42,419 nt of DNA from a virus (taxonomy: Duplodnaviria > Caudoviricetes): IMG/VR virus record IMGVR_UViG_3300048855_000213, positions 1 to 42,419 of that record; one strand, 5' to 3'. This document shows, one piece after another, positions 1-8,396 of the stretch. How positions within the stretch are numbered: position 1 is the stretch's first letter; each line of letters begins with the position of its first letter. The notes beneath the pieces were generated by a model. That model was not told the DNA's origin, ran no database searches, and was given only the letters and a program-made list of their open reading frames with translations. The position numbers and the translations under genes were made by a program.

Positions 1-357
1 TCACAGCTTCCCTCCTGTCGGTCGGATGATCGCAGCAACGTTGGACGCCTCAGCGAGGTTCCGGGCGCTGTCGAGCACCTGGGAGGCCTGCCGGGTGACG
101 CTGGCCACCTCATTGACAGCAGAGGCCGCCGTGGTCGCTGCGACCTGAGCCGTGGTCGCGGCCTGCTCCACCTTCTCCGCAGCCTTGGTGGACTTCTCTG
201 GCAGGAGCGCCGAGACCATGCCCAGCAAGGCCGTCGCCATCAGCGCGTACTGCGCCACCTCGGCTTCCGTCGTGGCATAGCCGGCCACGCTCAGGAGGAC
301 CCAGATAAGCGAACGCATGGTGCCCGGCTCCTTGAGCCGGTCCAGGACGTATTTCAT
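1..357 (-). CDS. Putative holin-like membrane protein
   Basis: MKYVLDRLKEPGT start, two hydrophobic segments, Ala-rich tail; AAGGAA RBS; distal end of the late operon. Confidence 0.55.
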   Translation of the reverse strand: MKYVLDRLKEPGTMRSLIWVLLSVAGYATTEAEVAQYALMATALLGMVSALLPEKSTKAAEKVEQAATTAQVAATTAASAVNEVASVTRQASQVLDSARNLAEASNVAAIIRPTGGKL

Positions 358-396
358 CGGATTGTTCCTTGATGCCGGGATGCCGCCCGGCGGCGG

Positions 397-951
397 TCAG
401 TCGGGCCGCTTGCCCTTGCGGGAGTAGAGCGGCGGTACAGGCGGAAGGCCCGACGGGGGATCGAGATTGAGCCGGCCCGCCGAGAAGGCCTGTTGGGCCA
501 GATCATTGCCCGCGTGCCGCATGGCATGCAGGGCGTCGTCGCATTCACGAGCGAGGTCCCAGCCCCGGTCGCGATCCTGCTCCACCGCAGCCAGAGCCGC
601 AGTCTTGGCGGCAAGCCTCTGGTCGAGACGGGCCATCTCCTCGCGGTGCCGCCTTCCCTCTTCGTCGAGAGCGTCGCTGAGCCGCGCGATCTGCTTGTTC
701 AGCGCCTCGATTTGATTGTCGCGGCTGGCGTCCAGTGTGGCGAAACCGCTGGTGAGGCGCCCCGCCCGCGCCGCCTCTTGCTGTGCATCCCGGGCAGCCT
801 TCTGCTCTTCTGCTGCCCGTTGATCTCGCTGCTCCTTCCGATATTCCTTCCACGCTCGCCACACCTGAAAGGCGAACCACACGCCGAAGCCGATGGCCCC
901 GCCGTAAACGGGATGGACCTGCTTGAGCAGATCGACAGGCACCGCATCCAT
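397..951 (-). CDS. N-terminal TM plus coiled-coil protein (lysis cluster, hypothetical)
   Basis: GGAIGFGVWFAFQVW TM segment then a long charged coiled coil; abuts the upstream stop. Confidence 0.6.
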   Translation of the reverse strand: MDAVPVDLLKQVHPVYGGAIGFGVWFAFQVWRAWKEYRKEQRDQRAAEEQKAARDAQQEAARAGRLTSGFATLDASRDNQIEALNKQIARLSDALDEEGRRHREEMARLDQRLAAKTAALAAVEQDRDRGWDLARECDDALHAMRHAGNDLAQQAFSAGRLNLDPPSGLPPVPPLYSRKGKRPD

Positions 952-1398
952 TTAACCACGGGCTCGAAACAGCACGTGGGCGACGATGTAAGCGTTCATG
1001 CCCACCGGCAGCAGGTACAGCGCCAGGAAGTGGTGAGCACCTAGCTTGATGGCCATCGACCACAGCAGGATGAAGAAAAAGCATCCGATGACCAGGGCTA
1101 GGACATTCCGCAGCCATTTGCTCCATTGCAGGAGCGGGTGACGCACGTCGCCTGGATCGTCGAGATGCAGGGCAACCGGCTGCAAGGCCGCCGCGATGCC
1201 GATCACGCAGAGCCAGATCCAGGATGGCGCCTTGTCGCTCAGGAAGGACAGGCTGGGCGCTGCTTGGGCGCTGTCGTGGTTCCATGCGACCAAGGCGATG
1301 AACAGCACCGTGGAGAAGCCGGAGGCGATGTCGAAGAGGTCGGCCGGCCGGTGCACAAGCCGGCTCAACCACGTGCGGATGCGCCTGATAGTGCTCAT
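952..1398 (-). CDS. Four-TM membrane protein (lysis cluster, hypothetical)
   Basis: Four hydrophobic stretches; ATGA overlap with the upstream gene. Confidence 0.65.
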   Translation of the reverse strand: MSTIRRIRTWLSRLVHRPADLFDIASGFSTVLFIALVAWNHDSAQAAPSLSFLSDKAPSWIWLCVIGIAAALQPVALHLDDPGDVRHPLLQWSKWLRNVLALVIGCFFFILLWSMAIKLGAHHFLALYLLPVGMNAYIVAHVLFRARG

Positions 1399-4361
1399 GC
1401 CGCCCTCGTCAGCGGCCGGATGTTGTCGATTGCCCCTGCCCGCAGCCCAGCGGCACTGATGCGCGGCGCGCCTCCGCTCACGTGCGCGGCGATGATGTCC
1501 GACACGTCATTACCGGTGGCCATGGAGATGAGCGACGCGGACCGCAGGCCGAGCTGGACGTAGTTACCCGCTTCCCAGCCGCCATCGTCGTCATTCTGAT
1601 AGGTGACGGCAGCCAGCGCCGCCCAGGTCCGCGCGTTGAAGTTGGGGGTCTTGATGTCCGACACGTTGCGGACGTACCAAGTCGCCTTCTTGAGTGGGTA
1701 ATCCGCCTGGCGGAACATGCCGAGGTGGAAGTTCGCCTTCCAGGCCAGATGGGTGGCGGCATCGACGCAGCCTGCCATCGCCCAGGCACAGTAGAGACCC
1801 GCGACAAGATGGTCGTCCATCCACCGCTTCAGGTCATAGACGGGATCGCTCTCGCAGCCAGCGTGGGCGCCAAAGACCACGTTCCCCTGCCCCGCCTGCC
1901 ATGCCGCCTGCTTGCCGACCAGATAGGCGGTGTTGATCTTCAGCAGGTTCCGCAGCGGCTCCCGGACAACGCTGGCGTCGTCCAGGATGTTGACGGCCAC
2001 CGCAACGTCGCGCAGGCGCCATCCCGCTTCACGCACCTGATAGCCCTGGCAGATCAACTGGTCATTGCCCTGGCCGTCGCGCGTGCGCCGGTTCGGCTCG
2101 GTGTCCATGACGGAGAAGCAAGCGAACTGCTCCACCCGATCACGCAGCCACATGCTTCCCGTCAGCACATACGCCAGGAAGGTAAGCTGCGGCTGGTGGG
2201 CCATGTCGATCTTCCAGCCGGTGCAGCCGGTGTCGGAGATCTGCGTGTTCGGAGGGTTGACGTTCAACTGCCCCGGCTGGCCACGGTAGTCCATCCACAT
2301 GCCCGGGTAGCCGACGCCGGGCAGGCTGTTCAGCGGACGGTTGTTCACGCTGTCATGGTGGCCCCAGGGGATAGCGCCTGAAGCCTCGGACTGCGCGATC
2401 ACTACCTTCCAGATGCGGCTGTCGCCGGTCATCAGCCAATCCGCCTGCACGCCGGTCAGGATGCCGAGGTCGGGCCGCTCGCCTGTGCCGCCCATGAACT
2501 TGTCGATGTTGGCGTTGGAGAGCGGCGCGCGGAAGCCAGCGGTGTCTGCTAGGCTGCCCCAGGCAGCGGCGGCGGTCTCGTTCAGACCCACATCATAGCC
2601 GTAAGGCGCCGTCCAGCCCTGCTGCGCCCACAGCGGCGCGTCCACCTGGATTTCGTGCAGCGGCGGGAAGGAAAGCGCGTTCTGGGTCGGCGTAAGGTCG
2701 GAGTAAAGCACCTTGCGGAAGGTCTGCGCGCGGGCGAAGCGGAGGTTGGTGAAGGAGAACACCGTCGTCCCGCTGTGCGTCAGAGAGCCGGTGACGTGCC
2801 AGGATGCCTGCGCCGTGCCGTCGTTGTAGAGGTTCTTTGTGGCATCGAACTCGTACTCGAGGGCCACCGCACCCGAGGCGTGCGCCCGCAGGTTCATCAT
2901 GACCCGGATGGCGCCGAGGATGCTCTTGGTGAAGCGTGCCTCAGTGCAGAGTGGGCCTTGCCGCCAGTATTTGGGTGCAGAGGCCGACCGCATGGTGGCC
3001 GGCGAGATGTCGAACGTCTGGTTGATGGCGGTAACGGCGCCGTTATCGGTGTAGATGTCGTCGGTATAGGTGCCGAAGGCGACGCCGTTCACGACGGTCA
3101 GAGAGCCCCCGAACATCGACACATTGGCGGTCATCACATCGACGTTGCTGCCAGTCGGCGCAGCGGCCTTCTTCAGCATGACCTTGCGGGATACGTTCAG
3201 GCCCGTGACGGCAGGCGCCGCGCCTGCAAGCAGGACGTGCTTGGACGAGCCATCGTCATGGGTCGATTTCACGTCCACCTGAACGGGCGTGTCGGTGCCG
3301 TCCAGCCTGTAGGCCATGCCCTCGCCCGGCTGGTGCAGGCCGCGTTGAAGCAGCAGACCCCAGGCGTGCTGACGGGCTGGGATGGACGCATTGGCGGTGA
3401 AGCCGAAGCCCTGAAGGTCACCGGCCGACGCGCGTTGCTGCATGATGGGGGCGTAGATCACCCCGGCGGTGGGCGTGGTCGGGATGCTCTTGGCGACGAA
3501 CAGGGCGGGGTCGTAGGAGCCGGCGGGCAGCGGGTCGGATGGCGGATCAACCGGCGGATCAACCACAACCGCCGTGAAGGTGAGCGCAAATCCGACCGTG
3601 TTCGGGCTGTTGACGGCCTCCTCCAAGGTATCCGCCACGGTGTACGCGGTAGATCCTGCGCTCACGGCCGCGCTGCCGCGAACCAGCGCCGTCTTGGCGC
3701 CATTGAACACCACGCGCCCGTCGTCCGGCGTGACTGTGCGGGTTGCTCCGGCAGGGACAGCGGATAGCGTCGTGAGGATGGTCCCATCCGCCACGTCGGT
3801 CGGCACAGAAGCCGAAGCCGGCGTTGCCGTGATGGGCGGCAGCGTGATGGGCGGTTCCACCACGGGAACGGCGGTGAACGTCATCGAGAACCCGGCAGAG
3901 CGCGGGCTGTTCGTGGCATTCGGGTGGGTGTCAGTGATGGTGTAGGCCGACGCGCCGACGCTGGCGGACGAGGCCCCCCGCACCACAGCAGTCTTGGCGG
4001 CGTTCAGGACCACGCGGCCATCAGCCGGGCTGATCGTGCGCGTGGCGCCGGCGGGGACGGCAGACAGGGCGGCAAACTGCGTGTTGGCCGCCACGTCCAC
4101 CTGAGCGGACGCCGTGACAGGAGTGATCACGAGCGCGGGCAGCGTCACCGGCGGATCAACCGGGGGAGGATCAACCGGCGGGGGCGTGACCGTGCCCGGA
4201 TGGGTCAGCAGCGCACCGCCAGCCTTGAGCAACTTGCCCTGGTAGGTGAGCATGTCGGTGCGTTCCGTCTTGGTCAGGGGAATGCTGCTGCTCAGCAGCT
4301 TCGTGAGCGCGGCGAACAGCGAGATGATCTGGCTGTTCGTCGTGCTAATGGACCTGCTCAT
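1395..4361 (-). CDS. 988-aa protein: two ~90-aa beta-rich repeats with Pro-rich linkers plus a C-terminal region resembling PcRGLX/YetA-type lyase-like proteins (alternative start 4253)
   Basis: Repeats TLP..TP..AS..LSAVPAGATRT..P.DGRVV.N.AKTA.VRG; PVQVDVKSTHDDGSSKHVLL, GGTGERPDLG, DMAHQP..AYVLTG and QVREAGWRLR motifs. Confidence 0.55.
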   Translation of the reverse strand: MSRSISTTNSQIISLFAALTKLLSSSIPLTKTERTDMLTYQGKLLKAGGALLTHPGTVTPPPVDPPPVDPPVTLPALVITPVTASAQVDVAANTQFAALSAVPAGATRTISPADGRVVLNAAKTAVVRGASSASVGASAYTITDTHPNATNSPRSAGFSMTFTAVPVVEPPITLPPITATPASASVPTDVADGTILTTLSAVPAGATRTVTPDDGRVVFNGAKTALVRGSAAVSAGSTAYTVADTLEEAVNSPNTVGFALTFTAVVVDPPVDPPSDPLPAGSYDPALFVAKSIPTTPTAGVIYAPIMQQRASAGDLQGFGFTANASIPARQHAWGLLLQRGLHQPGEGMAYRLDGTDTPVQVDVKSTHDDGSSKHVLLAGAAPAVTGLNVSRKVMLKKAAAPTGSNVDVMTANVSMFGGSLTVVNGVAFGTYTDDIYTDNGAVTAINQTFDISPATMRSASAPKYWRQGPLCTEARFTKSILGAIRVMMNLRAHASGAVALEYEFDATKNLYNDGTAQASWHVTGSLTHSGTTVFSFTNLRFARAQTFRKVLYSDLTPTQNALSFPPLHEIQVDAPLWAQQGWTAPYGYDVGLNETAAAAWGSLADTAGFRAPLSNANIDKFMGGTGERPDLGILTGVQADWLMTGDSRIWKVVIAQSEASGAIPWGHHDSVNNRPLNSLPGVGYPGMWMDYRGQPGQLNVNPPNTQISDTGCTGWKIDMAHQPQLTFLAYVLTGSMWLRDRVEQFACFSVMDTEPNRRTRDGQGNDQLICQGYQVREAGWRLRDVAVAVNILDDASVVREPLRNLLKINTAYLVGKQAAWQAGQGNVVFGAHAGCESDPVYDLKRWMDDHLVAGLYCAWAMAGCVDAATHLAWKANFHLGMFRQADYPLKKATWYVRNVSDIKTPNFNARTWAALAAVTYQNDDDGGWEAGNYVQLGLRSASLISMATGNDVSDIIAAHVSGGAPRISAAGLRAGAIDNIRPLTRAA
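3540..4190 (-). repeat. Intragenic tandem duplication of a ~90-codon domain flanked by PPVDPP linkers
   Basis: Two copies align with LSAVPAGATRT, DGRVV, AKTA.VRG, AYT..DT, NSP and TFTAV shared. Confidence 0.85.
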
Positions 4362-5830
4362 TGCTGCCCGACCAGTTTACGCAGGGTCGGTCGGCCAAAG
4401 CGGGCCGTCGCGTTGGTGGGCGCCACCGTGGAGTTGGTGATGAAGCGGAAGTTGAATTCGATCTTCGCCGTCGCCGGATCAACGACGGGCTGGACGACGT
4501 GCGGAGGGGTCCGCAGGACGCCAGTCCATGCTTCCGCCGGGAAGAAATACGAGGACAGCGTGTCCCCACTGTAGGTGTTGCGCGAAGCACCACCGGAACC
4601 ATCGTACTCGTTGATAACCAGCACCACGCCTGTAATGCGCGCGTCGGCCTCGACTTCTACTTCCACAGCGGCTTCCAGCACGTCTCCAACCGCGTACACG
4701 CCGCTGTTGTAGTTCAGTGTCTGAACCACCCGGAACTGCTCGCCCGCCGCACCAGTGGTGGCCGGAATTGTAATCTGCTGCCACTCGCCCAAACCATCGG
4801 CACGGGCAACCTTACTGAAGGTGGCGAGCACGCTGCCATTTACGCGAGAGCCAGACCAGCTAGCCGCGACGGAGCCGGAGTTAGAGTTCAGCGCACCGCC
4901 CGTGCCGATCAGGAAGCCATTCGTTAGAAGGTTCCCAGTCGGGTTCTCGGTGGCGTGATATACGTCGGACAGCTCGGTAAACAGGAAGTTGGAGGGGAAC
5001 AGGAAAGGCCGAACGGCTTCCGCCCATGCTTTTCCGACGTAGAACGCCCCCATCACGTTGGGGTGCAGAAGATCTGCGGTGACGCCGGTCTTTGCATACC
5101 CCGTGGAGAAGTTCATGAAGTACTTGCGTGCATCCGCAAAAATCATGCCTGGGGTACGGGATGCGAACAATTCGATCCAGCGGTTTACCTGGGCGACATA
5201 TCGCATCTTGAACGCAATCTGAGGGGCAGTGCCGCTGTATCCGCCGTCCTCGCGGGGCAGGATAGGAATGGCGACAACCGTAATCCCGGCCGCCAAGAGG
5301 GATAGGTACATAGCCTTCAGATTGTCGATGGTCTGCTGCGGCGTGAAGCCCGAAGACGGGTCATTTGTCCCCGCCAGCAACGACACGATGTCTGGCCCGG
5401 CAGAGAGAACGCTGGAGATACGCGCCAAGATCTGGGCGGAGGTTTCTCCGGACACGCCGAAGTTGTTGCTGATCGGGAAGTTTAGCGCCTGCCGGAGAAA
5501 GTTGTTCGCATGGGTCATGTACCCAATAGAGCGGTATCCTAGCGGCGTGGTGTTCTGGGCCGAGATGCTATCGCCATAGATAGCAACCGTCTTCTGGCCG
5601 GCCGAGAACTTCCTATCGACTGCACCGGGCGTCAGAACCTCGTCTTCCGCAGCAAGGCCAGTGATGGTCGACCCGTCCGGTGTGTAGCCGTCTGCGTATA
5701 GGCCAGCGCGCTCCAAGTCGGCCTTGCGCTTGCTATTGTCGGCGACGCCAGCGCCCCGCGCGCCGCGAGCAAGCGCCTGCGCCTCACCGTCAAGGCGCAC
5801 TTGTGCGCCACGGCCTGCATTCACTGCCAT
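4358..5830 (-). CDS. SGNH/GDSL esterase (putative polysaccharide O-acetylesterase) with N-terminal RGAQVRL module
   Basis: Blocks GDSIS, GVSG, AGTND and DLLHP; first ~66 aa match the 18998..19339 product. Confidence 0.85.
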   Translation of the reverse strand: MAVNAGRGAQVRLDGEAQALARGARGAGVADNSKRKADLERAGLYADGYTPDGSTITGLAAEDEVLTPGAVDRKFSAGQKTVAIYGDSISAQNTTPLGYRSIGYMTHANNFLRQALNFPISNNFGVSGETSAQILARISSVLSAGPDIVSLLAGTNDPSSGFTPQQTIDNLKAMYLSLLAAGITVVAIPILPREDGGYSGTAPQIAFKMRYVAQVNRWIELFASRTPGMIFADARKYFMNFSTGYAKTGVTADLLHPNVMGAFYVGKAWAEAVRPFLFPSNFLFTELSDVYHATENPTGNLLTNGFLIGTGGALNSNSGSVAASWSGSRVNGSVLATFSKVARADGLGEWQQITIPATTGAAGEQFRVVQTLNYNSGVYAVGDVLEAAVEVEVEADARITGVVLVINEYDGSGGASRNTYSGDTLSSYFFPAEAWTGVLRTPPHVVQPVVDPATAKIEFNFRFITNSTVAPTNATARFGRPTLRKLVGQQ

Positions 5831-5839
5831 GTCGGATAT

Positions 5840-5850
5840 CCTCAGATTGT
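5840..5850 (-). promoter_or_regulatory. ACAATCTGAGG leader/RBS motif, copy 1
   Basis: Identical 11-mer 9-10 nt upstream of both module-bearing genes; contains GAGG. Confidence 0.6.
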
Positions 5851-5900
5851 ACGGGAGAGGGCCGGTTAGCGGCCGTGGAAAGAGTGGGTGGTGCCGCTGA

Positions 5901-8132
5901 TCACAGCAGCACCTTTCCTGCGGTGACGCGGGCGAACCACGTCACGGCCAGGGAAGGGTCGCCTGTCACGAGGATCTTGAGGGCGCCTGCGGAGGCATCA
6001 GCCGAGACCACAGCATCCCAACCAGCGGCCACACCGGCGGACACCGTCGGGCTGGGGCCAACAAGCATGGAGGTGCCGGCGCCAGAGACGCGGCGGATCA
6101 GGCCGCTATAGGTGGCGTGGTAGAACTTGCTGGTGTCGGTGTCCGCGTAGCCGAACAGGTCGATGCGGTAGTCGAGCAGGCTATCCAGGTCGAGGACCAG
6201 CGATGCCGTGCCGGAAGGACCAGAAACCGCCAAAGACTTCGGTGTGGCATCCGTGGTCTTGGTCCCCAGGAAGAACAGGCTTTCCTGAGCATCGCCGGTC
6301 TTGGCCATCATCCAGCCGGCACGGGCTTGCTCGCCGGTCAGGGTCGTCCTGGCACGGGAACCGGTCGCTGATGAGCCAAGCGTGGTTGCTTGGACGTTGT
6401 TTCCGAGCGCCAGGGAGTTGATGCCGGACGCTGCCGCGTTGTTGCCCAGCGCGATGCCGCCGGATGCCGAAGACGACGTGCCAGGACCAATCGAGACCCC
6501 GAAGGCCTGAGAGGCATTGGCGCCGTGCCCGAACTGCACGGCTTTGAGCCCGCGCCCACCCGTCAGCGTGACGTTGGTATCGCCCGCCACCATGCCGTGG
6601 ACGGTATCCGTGCTGCGGGTCCAGCCGACCACAGGGGTATCCGTCGCGGTGGCATTGTACCCGCGCAGGCGGATGGTGTTGCTCCCGCCCGAATAGGTCA
6701 GGTCCACCAGCCCGAGATCGTTGTTGGTGAAGAAGCAGTCGATGTCGTTGTTGTAGGCGGCGAAGGAAGCCGACCCGACACGGATGCCCACGGCCTCGCG
6801 AGGCCCGATGTTCCCTGGGCTGCCCTTGACTTGGAGGACGTTGCCCGAGCTTTCGAGCAGCACGTTGGTGTCGCCCATGTAATTGTAGGTCAGCACGTTG
6901 GCCATCTGGTGGCCGCCGTCGCCGCCCAGCCGGATGTTCGCGGTCTTGCCAGTCTCGACGTGGGCATTCATCACCGTAGAGCCGCCCCCGTTCAGATTGA
7001 GGGCGTAGCGCATGTGGGGATCAGCGATGGCGCCGCCCCAGATGTTCACGGTGCCGATGCGCAGACCGAAGGCCGAGTAGACGCCATCGAATGTGTTGTC
7101 GGTGTTGATGCCAGCCCGGCGCACGTTGGCGCTTAGGACATGCATGTCCGAGACGGCGAGCCACAGGCCCTCTTCGCCTGTCATGTTCGTCAGCACACGC
7201 TCGATGTAGCCATTGAAGGGCGACGTGCCGACCGAACTGTTGCCGTATTCCAAGTGGATGCCCCGGCGCGCGGTGTTCTGCACCCGCACCATGAGGCGGA
7301 AGTTGCGGCCATAGACGGCGATGCCATGTCCCTGCCCGCCCTGGGCCGCCGTGTTGGCTGCGCGGTTGCCGTCCAGGGTGCCGTACCCGTCGAAGCCCCA
7401 ATCCGAGATGCCGGCCCCACTGTTCGTGCCGGTCAGGGTCTGGAAGCTCTCCCCCTCGAACATCGTGCAGTTGGCACCGTCCGCGAGCTTGATTACGGCG
7501 CGGCGATCCATGCTGATGTGAATGCCGGTGCGCAGGATCATCGTGCGGCTGATCACGTAGGGCGTGTTAGCCGCCTTGGGCCGGGGCACGCGGATCGTCG
7601 CCCCACCCTGCGCCGCGCCGTAGTCGATGGCGCGCTGGATAGCATTGCTCCAGTCCGCGTCCCCGGATCTCCAGAAGTTCCGGATCTGGAGTTCGTCATT
7701 GCTGATGGCGACCAACGCTCGGGGATCGCCGGCATTCGCATCGGCGACCGCAAGCGTGGTGGCACCCGTAACCTCGGCCAGTCGCGCTATTTGGCCGGGG
7801 AGCGTCGGCGCCGTCGCGATCTGAACGGCCTGAAGCTCCACCGCTCCCTCCAGCGCCTGCTGGACTGCTGCGGTTCCTGCTGTCGCGCCCGCCTCTATGG
7901 CAGCCTCGATGTTTGGCGCCTTTCCACCAGGCGCCAGAACCTCGTCTTTGGCCTCGTCGCCCGTGAGCGTGGAGCCATCAGGCGTGCTCCCATCGGCGTA
8001 GGCGCCAGACTGCTCAAGGAGGTGCTGCTGCAGCAGGGTATCGGCCAGCCGTGACGCGCCGCCGCCGCGAGCGACGCGCTGCAACTCGCCGTCCAGACGC
8101 ACCTGTGCGCCACGGCCCGGAGCAGATGCCAT
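5901..8132 (-). CDS. Right-handed beta-helix (pectate-lyase-fold) spike/depolymerase with YadA-head-like repeats and N-terminal RGAQVRL module
   Basis: DWSNAIQRAIDY..QGGATIRVP and LDGNRAAN beta-helix signatures; repeats such as GIALGNNAAASGINSLALG; first ~66 aa match the 18998..19339 product. Confidence 0.8.
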   Translation of the reverse strand: MASAPGRGAQVRLDGELQRVARGGGASRLADTLLQQHLLEQSGAYADGSTPDGSTLTGDEAKDEVLAPGGKAPNIEAAIEAGATAGTAAVQQALEGAVELQAVQIATAPTLPGQIARLAEVTGATTLAVADANAGDPRALVAISNDELQIRNFWRSGDADWSNAIQRAIDYGAAQGGATIRVPRPKAANTPYVISRTMILRTGIHISMDRRAVIKLADGANCTMFEGESFQTLTGTNSGAGISDWGFDGYGTLDGNRAANTAAQGGQGHGIAVYGRNFRLMVRVQNTARRGIHLEYGNSSVGTSPFNGYIERVLTNMTGEEGLWLAVSDMHVLSANVRRAGINTDNTFDGVYSAFGLRIGTVNIWGGAIADPHMRYALNLNGGGSTVMNAHVETGKTANIRLGGDGGHQMANVLTYNYMGDTNVLLESSGNVLQVKGSPGNIGPREAVGIRVGSASFAAYNNDIDCFFTNNDLGLVDLTYSGGSNTIRLRGYNATATDTPVVGWTRSTDTVHGMVAGDTNVTLTGGRGLKAVQFGHGANASQAFGVSIGPGTSSSASGGIALGNNAAASGINSLALGNNVQATTLGSSATGSRARTTLTGEQARAGWMMAKTGDAQESLFFLGTKTTDATPKSLAVSGPSGTASLVLDLDSLLDYRIDLFGYADTDTSKFYHATYSGLIRRVSGAGTSMLVGPSPTVSAGVAAGWDAVVSADASAGALKILVTGDPSLAVTWFARVTAGKVLL

Positions 8133-8142
8133 GTTGGGGAAC

Positions 8143-8153
8143 CCTCAGATTGT
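8143..8153 (-). promoter_or_regulatory. ACAATCTGAGG leader/RBS motif, copy 2
   Basis: Same 11-mer as 5840-5850. Confidence 0.6.
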
Positions 8154-8189
8154 GGTGACGAGAGGCGCTGGGCCGTTTAGGTTGGACGG

Positions 8190-8396
8190 ATGCCAGCCAT
8201 GCTTTTTCAGTGCGCGCTAACCTGCGCTTTCGGCTTCCTTGGCTTCTGGTGGGCCTTGGATGAGCCGAACAAAGCCGCCCGCACCCTCGCCGCGTTGGTG
8301 GCAGGGTTCGGCGGCATGTGGCTGACGATGAAGCTGTACGTGTGGGTCCGGTACGGCTGGAAGGCCGCCCGATCCCTGACAATGGACCCAGGCTAG
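8190..8396 (+). CDS. Small two-TM moron protein, antisense to the late operon
   Basis: Fills the intergenic gap; two TM segments; TAGGTT -10-like box 6 nt before ATG; stop overlaps the convergent stop (CTAG). Confidence 0.6.
   Translation: MPAMLFQCALTCAFGFLGFWWALDEPNKAARTLAALVAGFGGMWLTMKLYVWVRYGWKAARSLTMDPG

Noticed and set aside
378-400. GCCGCCG after the 397..951 stop as a fifth pseudoknot copy
   Set aside because: It has only a 2-bp stem and no separate CGGGCG tail; likely chance in GC-rich DNA.
2655-3767. Long antisense ORFs (also 6390..7136, 10420..11694, 15397..16512, 36171..37205, 37331..38611)
   Set aside because: These are shadows of high-GC genes on the opposite strand, with no motifs or RBS.
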